Source of the DNA: Candidatus Eiseniibacteriota bacterium
GTDB taxonomy: Bacteria; Eisenbacteria; RBG-16-71-46; CAZAMP01
DNA: 64,000 nucleotides
NCBI GenBank assembly: GCA_965224245.1
Contig: OZ245046.1
Location: 1,504,001 to 1,568,000, forward strand
Direction of reading: 5' to 3'
The notes under the pieces are model-generated. The model ran no database searches. It was not told where the DNA came from and worked only from the letters and a program-made list of their open reading frames with translations. Position numbers and translations under genes: made by a program. Shown piece after piece: positions 19,312-28,404 of the stretch. The first letter of the stretch is position 1. Every line of letters starts with the position of its first letter.

Positions 19312-21450
19312 ATGGAGAAGAAGGACCACGGCACGCTCGGCGCGTACATCGATCTGTTCCTGCGCCGCAAGCTGCTGTTCCTCGCGATCTTCGCGGTGCT
19401 GTTCGGCGTACTGGGTGCCGGCGCACTGTCGGTCAAGTCGTCGTATCGGGCCAGGAGTCTCCTGGCGATCGGCGAGTCCGAGCCGCTGGGCCTGCTGCAC
19501 TCGGGCGTCCAGGCTCGCAATCGGGCCAAGCCGGCCAGCGCATCGCTCTCCGGAAAGACGTACGCGACGATCGTGCAGGGGCTGCCCATGTCCGCGGCGG
19601 TCGCCGACCGCCTGAGCTCCGACTCGCTCCAGGTCTCGGGCGAGTTCATTCACCGGGCCGTCAGCGCCGAGTTCTTCGAGCCCGAGGTGCTGGAGATCCG
19701 CGCCACCGCCAAGGACCCCGAGCACGCGAAGGTGATCGCCAACGCGGCCGCGATGGAGTTCGTCGAGTACAACCGCGAGCAGATCCGGAGCGAGATGCAG
19801 GAGTCGGCCAACTTCGTCCTGCGCGAGCTGGAGCAGGTCAGCCACGAGCTGGCCTCCATCAACAACGAGATCAACGAGTTCAAGGAGCGCGAGCAGGTCA
19901 CCGACCTGGACGTCGAGGTCGAGGAGCTCCTGGGCGCGGTGGTCCAGTTCGAGAAGGACAAGCGCAAGGCGGAGGCCGATCGGGCCGAGCAGGCCGCGCG
20001 CCGGGACGAGATCGAGGCCATGCTGTTCGGCCAGACCGACGTCGCGATGAGCCCGCTCGAGAACCCGAGCGTCCGCGCGCTCTCCGAGCGCTACGGCGAG
20101 CTCTCCGGTGAGCTCGAGATCGCCCGGGCCGAGTACGGTCCCGACCACCCGCGTCGCCAGCTGCTCGAGCGGCAGGTCGAGCGCGCGCGGTCGCAGCTGG
20201 AGGCGGCGGCGGCCGAGCCGATCCCGGGCACGGCGGTCACCGAGTCCGCCTACTACACGGCGCTACGCTCCAACCTGACCCAGACGCTGGTCGCGCTGAC
20301 CGGCCTCGACGCGCGCATCGGCGCGCTCCAGCGGGCGATCGACCAGGGACGCCAGCAGCTCTCGGCGCTCCCGCCCAAGCAGTTCGAGCTGCGCGGGCTC
20401 CAGCTGCGCGAGAGCGTGACCGAGGACAAGTACCGTCGTCTGCTGGAGCGCCTCGAGGAGATGGAGGTTGAGATCGAGGGCATCCAGGGCAACGCCACCA
20501 TTCTCGACCTGGCGGTGCGCGCCAGGCCGGCGGTGTCCCGTGCGATGCTCCTGATCTACGTCGCGCTCCTGAGCCTTCTGGGTGCGGTCGCGGGCGTTCT
20601 GACCATCGAGTATCGCGACAACACGATCAAGTCTCCGGAGATCATCTCCAACGTGCTCCAGATGACGAACTTCGGCTTCGTGCCCCGCATCCAGGGCATG
20701 GGGCGCAAGTGGTTCGCCGAGGAGTCGCTGCACGATCACGCGTTCGAGCACTACCGCAAGCTGAGGGCCAACGTGCGCTTCTCGTCGGTCAAGAAGCCGA
20801 TACGCTGCATGATGGTGACCAGCTCGTCTCCGGGCGAGGGCAAGTCCTCGACGATCGCGAACCTCGCGGTCGCGCTGGCGCAGATGGATCAGAAGATTCT
20901 CCTCGTCGACACCGACCTCCGGCGCCCGAACATCTGGCGCCTGTTCGAGGTCGAGACCTCGCCGGGCGTGACCGACGTCCTCACCGGGCAGAGAGCGCTC
21001 TCGGAGGTGATCAAGTCGTCGGGCATCCCGAACCTCGACCTGCTGACGTCCGGACCCATCCCGCCGAACCCGGCCGAGCTGTTCGAGTCCGAGCAGATGG
21101 ACGCGCTCGTCGAGACGCTTCGCGAGCACTCCGGCTACGACATGGTGCTGTTCGACTCGGCGCCCACGCTCCTGACCACCGACACACCGGTGCTGGCGGC
21201 GAAGATGGACGGCGTGCTGGTCGTGCTGGAGGCCGGCCGCACCACCGAGGAGCAGGGCCTGATGACCAAGGAGATGCTCACGAACTCCGGCGCGCGCGTG
21301 CTCGGCGCGGTGCTCAACAAGGCGCGCTCGTCGTCCAGCGGGTACTACTACTACGGCGCCGGCCAGAACGGCGATCGACGGCCGTCCAGCAACGGCGGCT
21401 TCATGGGCAGCCTGAAGAACCTCGGCGAGAAGATCGGCATCGGAGGCTGA
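19312..21450 (+). CDS. wzc: polysaccharide co-polymerase / tyrosine autokinase
   Basis: Two TMs flanking a coiled-coil (YGPDHP); SSSPGEGKS Walker A, VDTDLRRP, C-terminal GYYYYG cluster. Confidence 0.92.
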   Translation: MEKKDHGTLGAYIDLFLRRKLLFLAIFAVLFGVLGAGALSVKSSYRARSLLAIGESEPLGLLHSGVQARNRAKPASASLSGKTYATIVQGLPMSAAVADRLSSDSLQVSGEFIHRAVSAEFFEPEVLEIRATAKDPEHAKVIANAAAMEFVEYNREQIRSEMQESANFVLRELEQVSHELASINNEINEFKEREQVTDLDVEVEELLGAVVQFEKDKRKAEADRAEQAARRDEIEAMLFGQTDVAMSPLENPSVRALSERYGELSGELEIARAEYGPDHPRRQLLERQVERARSQLEAAAAEPIPGTAVTESAYYTALRSNLTQTLVALTGLDARIGALQRAIDQGRQQLSALPPKQFELRGLQLRESVTEDKYRRLLERLEEMEVEIEGIQGNATILDLAVRARPAVSRAMLLIYVALLSLLGAVAGVLTIEYRDNTIKSPEIISNVLQMTNFGFVPRIQGMGRKWFAEESLHDHAFEHYRKLRANVRFSSVKKPIRCMMVTSSSPGEGKSSTIANLAVALAQMDQKILLVDTDLRRPNIWRLFEVETSPGVTDVLTGQRALSEVIKSSGIPNLDLLTSGPIPPNPAELFESEQMDALVETLREHSGYDMVLFDSAPTLLTTDTPVLAAKMDGVLVVLEAGRTTEEQGLMTKEMLTNSGARVLGAVLNKARSSSSGYYYYGAGQNGDRRPSSNGGFMGSLKNLGEKIGIGG

Positions 21451-21545
21451 TCGGACACTCGACCACGAGGGTCAGAACCGTCGTCACGGGTGGAGGGTCG
21501 CGCACCCCGCGCTTCCTTCACCCGTTACTCGTCAGGGAGCGATCG

Positions 21546-23438
21546 ATGTCCTCACCAGACCGCGGAGCCCTGCTCGTCCGTGGAGCCCCGCTCTTCGTCC
21601 TGTCCTCACTGGTTGCCGCCGCGCTCGCCTTCGCGGGCGAGGAGCCGGCGAGCCCGCTCGGCGTCGTCGACAAGGAGCTCTTCGACGACGCCGCCGAGGT
21701 CGGAAGCGGGTGGATGCGCGAGCACATCGTGTGGAAGTACTTCGAGACGACCGATGGGGTGTTCAGCCCCGGTGGCTACGACTTCGATCTCTCGAACATG
21801 GAGTCGCGGGGCATCCGCATGAGCCCCGTCCTCGTCACCGGCCTAGGGTGGGCCACGCATCAGGCGGGCGACGCCTGGGATCCCGGCGACGATCCGGACT
21901 CCTACCCCGACGCGCCGTCGCGCGCCCCCAACGACCTGTCGTCCACCTACGACGCGACCCACGCATACAGCGCCACGTACTACGACTTCGTCTACACGTT
22001 CGTCCAGACCTTCGGGGACCGGATCGATCGAATCACCATCGAGAACGAGGTGAACGCAGCCAACTTCTGGGAGGACTCGGCCGAGGAGTACCTGCGTCTC
22101 CTCGTGACCGCCCGCAAGGCGGCGCGGGACGCGAACCCGTCGGTGATGGTCTTCGACAGCGGCATGGGCTCCGGCTCCTGGGGCGTGGCCATCGCCGAGA
22201 GCCGGTACGATGCCGGCACGTGGGCCTGGAACGTCGCGTTGAACTTCATCCGGGACTACTACGAGCGCGACGTCTACGTGCGCTCGGGGTTTCCCCAGAT
22301 CTACACGATCTCGACGCCGGCGGGTCTGGAGGCGTTCTTCGACAACGCGGCCGTCGTGGAGAACAACCACCGTGTGGGGACGGTCCTGACCGGGCTCTAC
22401 TCGGCCGAGCTCGGTGACATGCTCGTGGACGGGCTCAACTTCAAGTTCACGGGCGAGCCGTGGCATCTCGGCGAGGTCATCTCGTGGATCGACGAGATGA
22501 TCGCGAGCGTTCCCCAGCAATCCCCGGTCGACGTCAAGGTCAACAACGAGGCGTCCAACTGGTGTCGCGACTTCTCAGACTTCGACGCCGGCAACAACGT
22601 CTGCGCCACGATGCCGGGCGACGAGCGCCCCTCGGCGTCGGAGATGGTGCAGAAGATCATGCGCGGCTTCGAGGTGGGTGTCGACCAGAACCTCTGGTTC
22701 CCGTTCTCGAACTGCCTTCCCGGCAACTGCCCGATCGGAAACGAACCGACGCCGCGGCTGGGTCTGATCGACTACGAGGGGAATCGCACCGAGTCGTTCG
22801 ACGCGTTCCAGAGGCTCGCACGCTTCGTGGGCCCGAGCCGCGTCTTCGATGCGTCGGACGAGGCCGGTGACGTCGTGCGCGTCGGGTTTCGCGAGGTGGT
22901 CACCGACCGCGTCGACGTGCACGTCCTGTGGTGGGACAACGGCGGGCACGGTGCCGGCACGGCCGACGCCGTCCTCGCGGCGCCGCTGGGGACCGTCGTG
23001 GCGAGACAGTACACCGCGGACGGAGATTCACTGGAGCTGGTCGTGGACGGTGGAGAGGTGACCGCATCGGTGACCGAGGCGCCCTCCATCGTGTACTTCG
23101 ACGACGGCGTCACGCCCATCCAGTGGCCACTCGATCCGGTCGTGGGGCCGGTGCCTCCGGCGGTGCGGCTGTCGGCACCCGCTCCCAATCCGGCCCCGGG
23201 CTGGACGCGCGTGCGCTTCGGGCTTCCCGCGGGCGGCACCCCGGCGCGCGTGGCGGTCTACGACGTGGCCGGGCGTGAGCTCGCGGTGCTCGTCGACGGA
23301 ACGCTCGACGGGGGCACCTACACCGTGCGGTGGGACGGACGCGATCGAGACGGCCGGGTCGTCGCCGAGGGCGTCTATGTCGTCCGGTTGACCACCCCGT
23401 CGGGAGGCGAGGTACGAAAGCTCGTCCTCGCCCGCTGA
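21546..23438 (+). CDS. secreted clan-A (GH39/GH5-like) glycoside hydrolase with C-terminal FlgD-Ig/T9SS-like sorting domain
   Basis: Signal peptide; ITIENEVN (acid/base-like) and VNNEASNW (nucleophile-like); C-terminus PNP...VYDVAGREL...WDGRD...GVYVVRL...RKLVLAR. Confidence 0.7.
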   Translation: MSSPDRGALLVRGAPLFVLSSLVAAALAFAGEEPASPLGVVDKELFDDAAEVGSGWMREHIVWKYFETTDGVFSPGGYDFDLSNMESRGIRMSPVLVTGLGWATHQAGDAWDPGDDPDSYPDAPSRAPNDLSSTYDATHAYSATYYDFVYTFVQTFGDRIDRITIENEVNAANFWEDSAEEYLRLLVTARKAARDANPSVMVFDSGMGSGSWGVAIAESRYDAGTWAWNVALNFIRDYYERDVYVRSGFPQIYTISTPAGLEAFFDNAAVVENNHRVGTVLTGLYSAELGDMLVDGLNFKFTGEPWHLGEVISWIDEMIASVPQQSPVDVKVNNEASNWCRDFSDFDAGNNVCATMPGDERPSASEMVQKIMRGFEVGVDQNLWFPFSNCLPGNCPIGNEPTPRLGLIDYEGNRTESFDAFQRLARFVGPSRVFDASDEAGDVVRVGFREVVTDRVDVHVLWWDNGGHGAGTADAVLAAPLGTVVARQYTADGDSLELVVDGGEVTASVTEAPSIVYFDDGVTPIQWPLDPVVGPVPPAVRLSAPAPNPAPGWTRVRFGLPAGGTPARVAVYDVAGRELAVLVDGTLDGGTYTVRWDGRDRDGRVVAEGVYVVRLTTPSGGEVRKLVLAR

Positions 23439-23452
23439 TATGGAACGGCCTT

Positions 23453-23458
23453 TGTCAA
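23453..23458 (-). promoter_or_regulatory. outward-facing -35 hexamer at the IS right end (circle-junction promoter half)
   Basis: Minus strand reads ccTTGACAaaggccgttccatatc, a position typical of IS1111-group elements; the matching -10 is not convincing. Confidence 0.5.
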
Positions 23459-23468
23459 GGAACGAAGA

Positions 23469-23626
23469 GAGGGAGGAGCGGTTGTCGACGATCATCAGGC
23501 TGATATTCGCGGGTCGGAACCGCATTGGCCATGACTCGTCTGGGACTGCCTCTTTCTAGGAGCGCGGGTCGACTCGGGGTCGCCGCGTAACGTAGTCGAG
23601 GATCTCCCTGTCGATGCTCCTCCCTC
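23469..23626 (-). ncRNA. candidate bridge RNA / seekRNA of the IS110 element
   Basis: Non-coding region 3' of the transposase, closed by an 11-bp stem gagggaggagc (23469-79) / gctcctccctc (23616-26), with short internal matches to donor and target junctions. Confidence 0.6.
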
Positions 23627-23646
23627 GCATACCGAACGTGAGCTCC

Positions 23647-24740
23647 TCAGCTAGGCTGGGGAGCCGCTTCTTTCATCACCGCCCACACGAAGCCGGCGAG
23701 CTCTCTGGCGACGGCCGTGACGGCGACGTTCGCAGGCTGAGGCGATAGAACCGCTTGCTGAGTCGGTGCTGAGCCTTGACGGCGATGCCCACGATGCCCG
23801 GCGGCTGCCCTTGCCGTCGACGGTTGAGGATGAGGTTGGCGCCGCTACGGTGATGGTTGTTCCAGGCGGCTTCGACGAGCACGCGGCGGACGTGTCCGTT
23901 GCCGGTCTTGGTGATGGGACCTCGACGTTCACGCTCTCCGCTCGATCGTTCGCTGGGCACCAGTCCGATCCAGGCCATCAAGGCCTGAGGGGAGCGGAAG
24001 CGATGGATGTCACCGATCTCGGTGGCGAGCGTCATGGCCGTGAGGGTCTTCACGCCTCGCAGACACTGCAGTGCCTCGACCGTCGGTCGGTAGGGCTCGC
24101 GGGCGGCGATCCGATCGATCTCGGCATCGAGTGCACCGAGCTGGGTCTCCAGATACTCGAGATGTTCGAGCTCGACGGCCAGGCACATCCCCTGGGGACC
24201 GTCGAGCCGTGTTCGGAGCGTGCTGAGCCAGGCCCGATGCTTCTTCGTCCAGTTGCTCTTGGTTCCCCGGAAGACGTGTCCCTGCGCGAGCAGCATGCCG
24301 TTGATCCGGTACTTGGTGCGGGTGACCTGACGCTGGTAGGCCAGGCGGAGACGGACCACCGAGCGCACGGCCTCCTGCTCCTCGCTGGGGACCTGCACCG
24401 GGGTGAGATGGCCTCCGCGGTAGAGTCGAGCCAGGCGGATGGCATCGAGACGATCGGTCTTGCGCCGATCACCAACCTTGCGCGGGATCAACGTCGGGGC
24501 GATGACCTCGCAGGTGTACCCATCGTCGGCCAGCACCCGGTGCACGACGAAGCCGGCCCCGGAGGCCTCGTAGCAGGACCGGACGGTCCCGCGCGTCGAA
24601 AGGCGGCCGAACAATCGCCGGAGCTTCATGAGATCCGCGGGCAGCTTGACCACTTCGGCGTCCGGGTTGTCGCCGTCGAGGATCGCGGCGGTGATCGAGT
24701 TCTTGTGCACGTCGAGACCGACCCAGATAATCGGATCCAC
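23647..24740 (-). pseudogene. IS110 transposase, frameshifted near the C-terminus (~23730)
   Basis: GLDVHK, CYEA, KTDRLDA (DEDD), GLVPSERSSG. The annotated frame ends in TSPSRPSP... at 23676, while the canonical NVAVTAVARELAGFVWAVMKE continues in a shifted frame to TGA at 23647-49. Confidence 0.75.
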
Positions 24741-24828
24741 GGCTGGACCTCCTCTTGTGTTGTGACCTCGTCGTCACATGTGGCTCTGATCTGCCGATCA
24801 ACCCACGATATCAACGAGGTCCAGCCGT
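24739..24828 (-). promoter_or_regulatory. 13-bp hairpin overlapping the transposase RBS and start codon
   Basis: acggctggacctc (24739-51) / gaggtccagccgt (24816-28); the arm covers part of GAGGAGG and the GTG start. Confidence 0.65.
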
Positions 24829-24838
24829 TCCATAGGTT

Positions 24839-26110
24839 CTAGGCGGGGGTCGGAGGACGCGTGCCGCCGCTCCCGGTCACGGCCAGCCCCAGCATGCAGC
24901 CGGTGACCGGGGCGCAGAAGCTGGGCACGGCCAGCCCCGCGACGCCGATCGCGATCACGGTCGCGGCGATCGCGACCGACGTGTTCGATCGGCGGGTGCG
25001 CCACAGGTCACGGAGGACCAGCGCGAGGCTGACCAGCATGGCCAGCGTGAGCCCGACGCCGCCCTGGAGCGTCCACTGGAGATACTGATTGTGGATGAAG
25101 TGGTGCCGCGGAGCGTCGGGGTCGCCGTGCGGGATACGAAACGACGCGCCGAAGCCGTACCCGATCGGGCGCTCGAGCGCGTACGGGATGACGCCGCGCC
25201 ACTCGTCGACGCGGGTCTGCATCGTCGCGGCCTGGGCGGGGTGTGCCAGCTCGGCGGAGCGCTGTCGCACGGCGTCGCCGTTCAGCCCCACGGCCACCGT
25301 GAGCGCGACTCCGCCCGCGATGCACACGGCGGTGGCCGCGGTCGCGATCGCGGCGCGCCGCCACCGGGTCGTGGCCACGGCGCCCAGGGCCACGGTGATC
25401 CCGATCACGTAGCTGAGCCAGTACGTGCGCTTGTACGTCAGTACGAGCGCGGCGGCCAGGATCAGCGCCGAGGCGGCACGGGCCGGCGTCACGCGCTCGG
25501 CCAGACGCAGCGTCACGATCGCGAGCGGGAGATGTGGAAACGCGAAGTCGCTCTGGATCTGGACACCGCCGTCGTCGAGCACGGCGCCCACCAGCCACAC
25601 CAGCCGCCCGTTCTCTCCGCTCGCGTACGAGATCTGAAGCAGGACCAGCGCCATGGCGGCCGCCATCACGACGTAGGCGTCGAGGATCCGATCGACCCAG
25701 GCGGCTGGAATCAGCCGGCGCGTGGCGTAGTACGCGAGGGGGATCACGATCACGTAGTGGTAGGCGTCGGCGGCCAGCCACGATCGCCCGTGGCCGTTGG
25801 CCGCGCCTCCGATCGCGGCCAGGAGGGCCAGAAGCCCGGCCACGAGCATGCCCCGATCGGCGCCGCGAGACGGCCACCGCGGACGGTGGGGTGCCCGGAC
25901 GACGGCGGCCGCGGCCAGGAGCAGGATGGTCCCGCCGAGCCCGATCGCCTGCACCTCGGGGCGATACGTCCACAGGGGGGCGGTCAGGGTGGCGGCCAGA
26001 AACGCGGCAACGCCCCAAAGTGGACGCCGGAACGTGACGAAAACGATGAGGAGGGCCAACGCCGCGCATACCCACGCGCCGCCGTCGGCGAACAGCAGTC
26101 CGGCTTCCAT
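24839..26110 (-). CDS. O-antigen ligase/polymerase (Wzy_C-like) membrane protein
   Basis: Multi-TM; LTYKRTYW, TRVDEW...RPIGYGFG, FIHNQYLQWTLQGGVG. Confidence 0.8.
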   Translation of the reverse strand: MEAGLLFADGGAWVCAALALLIVFVTFRRPLWGVAAFLAATLTAPLWTYRPEVQAIGLGGTILLLAAAAVVRAPHRPRWPSRGADRGMLVAGLLALLAAIGGAANGHGRSWLAADAYHYVIVIPLAYYATRRLIPAAWVDRILDAYVVMAAAMALVLLQISYASGENGRLVWLVGAVLDDGGVQIQSDFAFPHLPLAIVTLRLAERVTPARAASALILAAALVLTYKRTYWLSYVIGITVALGAVATTRWRRAAIATAATAVCIAGGVALTVAVGLNGDAVRQRSAELAHPAQAATMQTRVDEWRGVIPYALERPIGYGFGASFRIPHGDPDAPRHHFIHNQYLQWTLQGGVGLTLAMLVSLALVLRDLWRTRRSNTSVAIAATVIAIGVAGLAVPSFCAPVTGCMLGLAVTGSGGTRPPTPA

Positions 26111-26225
26111 GACTGTCTCCGCGGTTGCGATCGAGGCGCCGCATTCTCGGCGTCGGACCTCGCGAAGTCAACGTCACGACCCGTGACGCCCCGTTGGATC
26201 GCGTGAGGGGAGTGAGCGACCCACG

Positions 26226-27332
26226 ATGAACGAGGATGTGATCCTCCGCGACTACGAGCCCCGTGACGTTCCGCAGATCACCTCGCTGATGCAGGAGATC
26301 TACGACCCCGAGATCATGGCCAACAGCCGACGCCACTGGCACTGGCAGTACCACGAGAACCCGCGGAACCCGGACGGTCGGGTGGCGATCCGGGTGGTCG
26401 AGCGGGGCGACGAGATCGTGGCGATGATCTGCGGCATCCGGCAGAACTTCTCCCTCGGGGGCACGGTGGTGCCCGGTCTGTGGGTCGTCGACTTCATGGC
26501 CCGGCAGGCCGGCACCAATCAGAAGGAGCGCCACCGGTACGGCCAGCGGCTGGCCCTGGAGCTGAAGGCCACGCAGCCCCTCGTTGCGGGCGTCAACCGC
26601 CCCGCGCTCAACCGCTACTGGAAGCGCGTGCTGGGGGGCCAGATCGACATCTGCGCGTGCCCGATGATGATCCGCCCCCTCCGGGCCGGGGCGCTCGCAC
26701 GCCAGCGGATCGGAAACCCCTTGCTGGCCACGCTGGCCGGGACGCTCGGGCGCGTGGCCCTGCCGATGATGTACCGGGCCCGGCATCCGGACGTTCCGGT
26801 CGGACTGGCGTTCGAGCCCGTCACGCGCTTCGATGCATCGTTCGACGCGTTCTGGGCGCGGGCCAGCACGGGGTTCTCGCACCTCACGGTGCGGGACGCC
26901 GCCTACCTGAACTGGCGCTACCTCGACATCCCCGACCGGGAGTACAGTGCGTTCGTGGCCCGGCAGGACGGCGAGATCCGGGGGTGGGTCGTGCTCCGCG
27001 AGATCCGCGCCGACGGGCTTCGGAAGGGTCGGATCGTCGATCTCCTCGCGCCGCGCGACGACGAGGTGATGTGGCACTATCTACTGGCGGAGGCCGTCGA
27101 CCGGTGCCGGGAGGCCGGATGTGATCTCGTGCACGCGCTCGGCTCGACCGTCGAGCCCCTGATGCGGGCCTTCGCCGCCTGCGGGTTCCGTGCGAACCCC
27201 GAGCACTCGAGGTTGGCGCAGTACATCGCGTACACGAGCGTGGACGGGATCGATCTGGATGAGTTCTACGACGGTGACAACTGGTACGTCACGCTCGGCG
27301 ACTCCGACACCGACTTCGCGACGCCGCACTGA
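26226..27332 (+). CDS. GNAT-family acyltransferase (tandem GNAT fold)
   Basis: LRDYEPRD...WHWQYHENP; VRDAAYLNWRY; GRIVDLLA; WYVTLGDSD. Confidence 0.7.
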   Translation: MNEDVILRDYEPRDVPQITSLMQEIYDPEIMANSRRHWHWQYHENPRNPDGRVAIRVVERGDEIVAMICGIRQNFSLGGTVVPGLWVVDFMARQAGTNQKERHRYGQRLALELKATQPLVAGVNRPALNRYWKRVLGGQIDICACPMMIRPLRAGALARQRIGNPLLATLAGTLGRVALPMMYRARHPDVPVGLAFEPVTRFDASFDAFWARASTGFSHLTVRDAAYLNWRYLDIPDREYSAFVARQDGEIRGWVVLREIRADGLRKGRIVDLLAPRDDEVMWHYLLAEAVDRCREAGCDLVHALGSTVEPLMRAFAACGFRANPEHSRLAQYIAYTSVDGIDLDEFYDGDNWYVTLGDSDTDFATPH

Positions 27333-27339
27333 GGGCCCC

Positions 27340-28404
27340 GTGCGCGTCCTTCACCTCCGCAACACGTGCGGTCACTTCGGTGCCGAGCGATGCATCGTGT
27401 CGTGGATCGGCGAGATGTCCTCGACCGATGCGTCGTTTCATCTGGCCGTGTTTGATCATCCCGATCCCTCGACGGCCGAGTTCTACGCCGCGGCCCGTCG
27501 GGCCGGCGCCGAGGTGCACGTTCTCCCGCGGTCACACGTCCGGGCGCCGTCGTCGATCGCGACGGTGACGGCGCTCGTCCGCCGGCATCGCATCGAGGTG
27601 ATTCACGCGCACGAGAACCGGAGCCAGGTCATCGGATGGCTCGTCGGCGGGCTCACGGCGACGCCGGTCGTGGGCACGGTTCACGGCTACGTGCCGTCGA
27701 GCGCGAAGACGCGGCGTTTCAACCGGCTCAACCGCTGGTTTCTCGGAGGACGTCGGCTGGCCGCGCTGACGGTGCCCACCCGGGAGCTCGCCCGCTCGCT
27801 TCCGGGCGCCACGCTGGTTCCGAACGCGATCGCGGGAGCGCTCGCCGACACGCCGATGGCGGTCGACAGCCGACCCGACCCGCCTCACTTCGGCGTGGTG
27901 GCGCGGCTCTCGGGCGAGAAGGGCGTGGACGTGTTCCTCGACACGGTTGCCGGGATGCCGCCGGACTGGCGCTTCTCGGTCATCGGAGAGGGGCCGGCCG
28001 CCGCGACGCTCCGGGCGCACCGGGCCGCGGATCGGGTGGAATGGCTCGGCTTCCGGGCCGACGCGGCCGAGCGGATGCGCGCCTGGTCGGCGCTGGTCAT
28101 CCCGAGTCGTAGCGAGGGGCTGCCGTTGACGTTGCTCGAGGCGATGGCCCAGGGCGTTCCGGTGATCGCATCATCGGTCGGCGGTGTCCCCGACGCGGTG
28201 GCCGACGGCATGCACGGGCTCCTGGTGCCCCCGGACGACGCCGATCGGCTCGGGGCCGCCATGCACGCGCTGGCCCGAGATCCGGTGGGGGCGACCGACC
28301 GCGCGAGCCGTGCGCGGGAGCGTTTTCGCGAGCGCTACACGCTGGCCCGGGTGGCCGAGGCGCTCGCGTCGATCTACGCCGGCGTCGCGCGGAGGCGAAC
28401 GTGA
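27340..28404 (+). CDS. glycosyltransferase family 4
   Basis: VARLSGEKGVD, PSRSEGLPLTLLEAMAQGVPVIASSVGG. Confidence 0.9.
   Translation: MRVLHLRNTCGHFGAERCIVSWIGEMSSTDASFHLAVFDHPDPSTAEFYAAARRAGAEVHVLPRSHVRAPSSIATVTALVRRHRIEVIHAHENRSQVIGWLVGGLTATPVVGTVHGYVPSSAKTRRFNRLNRWFLGGRRLAALTVPTRELARSLPGATLVPNAIAGALADTPMAVDSRPDPPHFGVVARLSGEKGVDVFLDTVAGMPPDWRFSVIGEGPAAATLRAHRAADRVEWLGFRADAAERMRAWSALVIPSRSEGLPLTLLEAMAQGVPVIASSVGGVPDAVADGMHGLLVPPDDADRLGAAMHALARDPVGATDRASRARERFRERYTLARVAEALASIYAGVARRRT

Larger units (their letters stand above)
23435..24840 (-). mobile_element. IS110 family (IS1111 group) insertion sequence
   Basis: Subterminal IR TATGGAACGGC (23439-23449) / GCCGTTCCATA (24824-24834); CT dinucleotide at both borders (23435-36, 24839-40); DEDD recombinase; long non-coding end downstream of the ORF. 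Confidence 0.92.
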
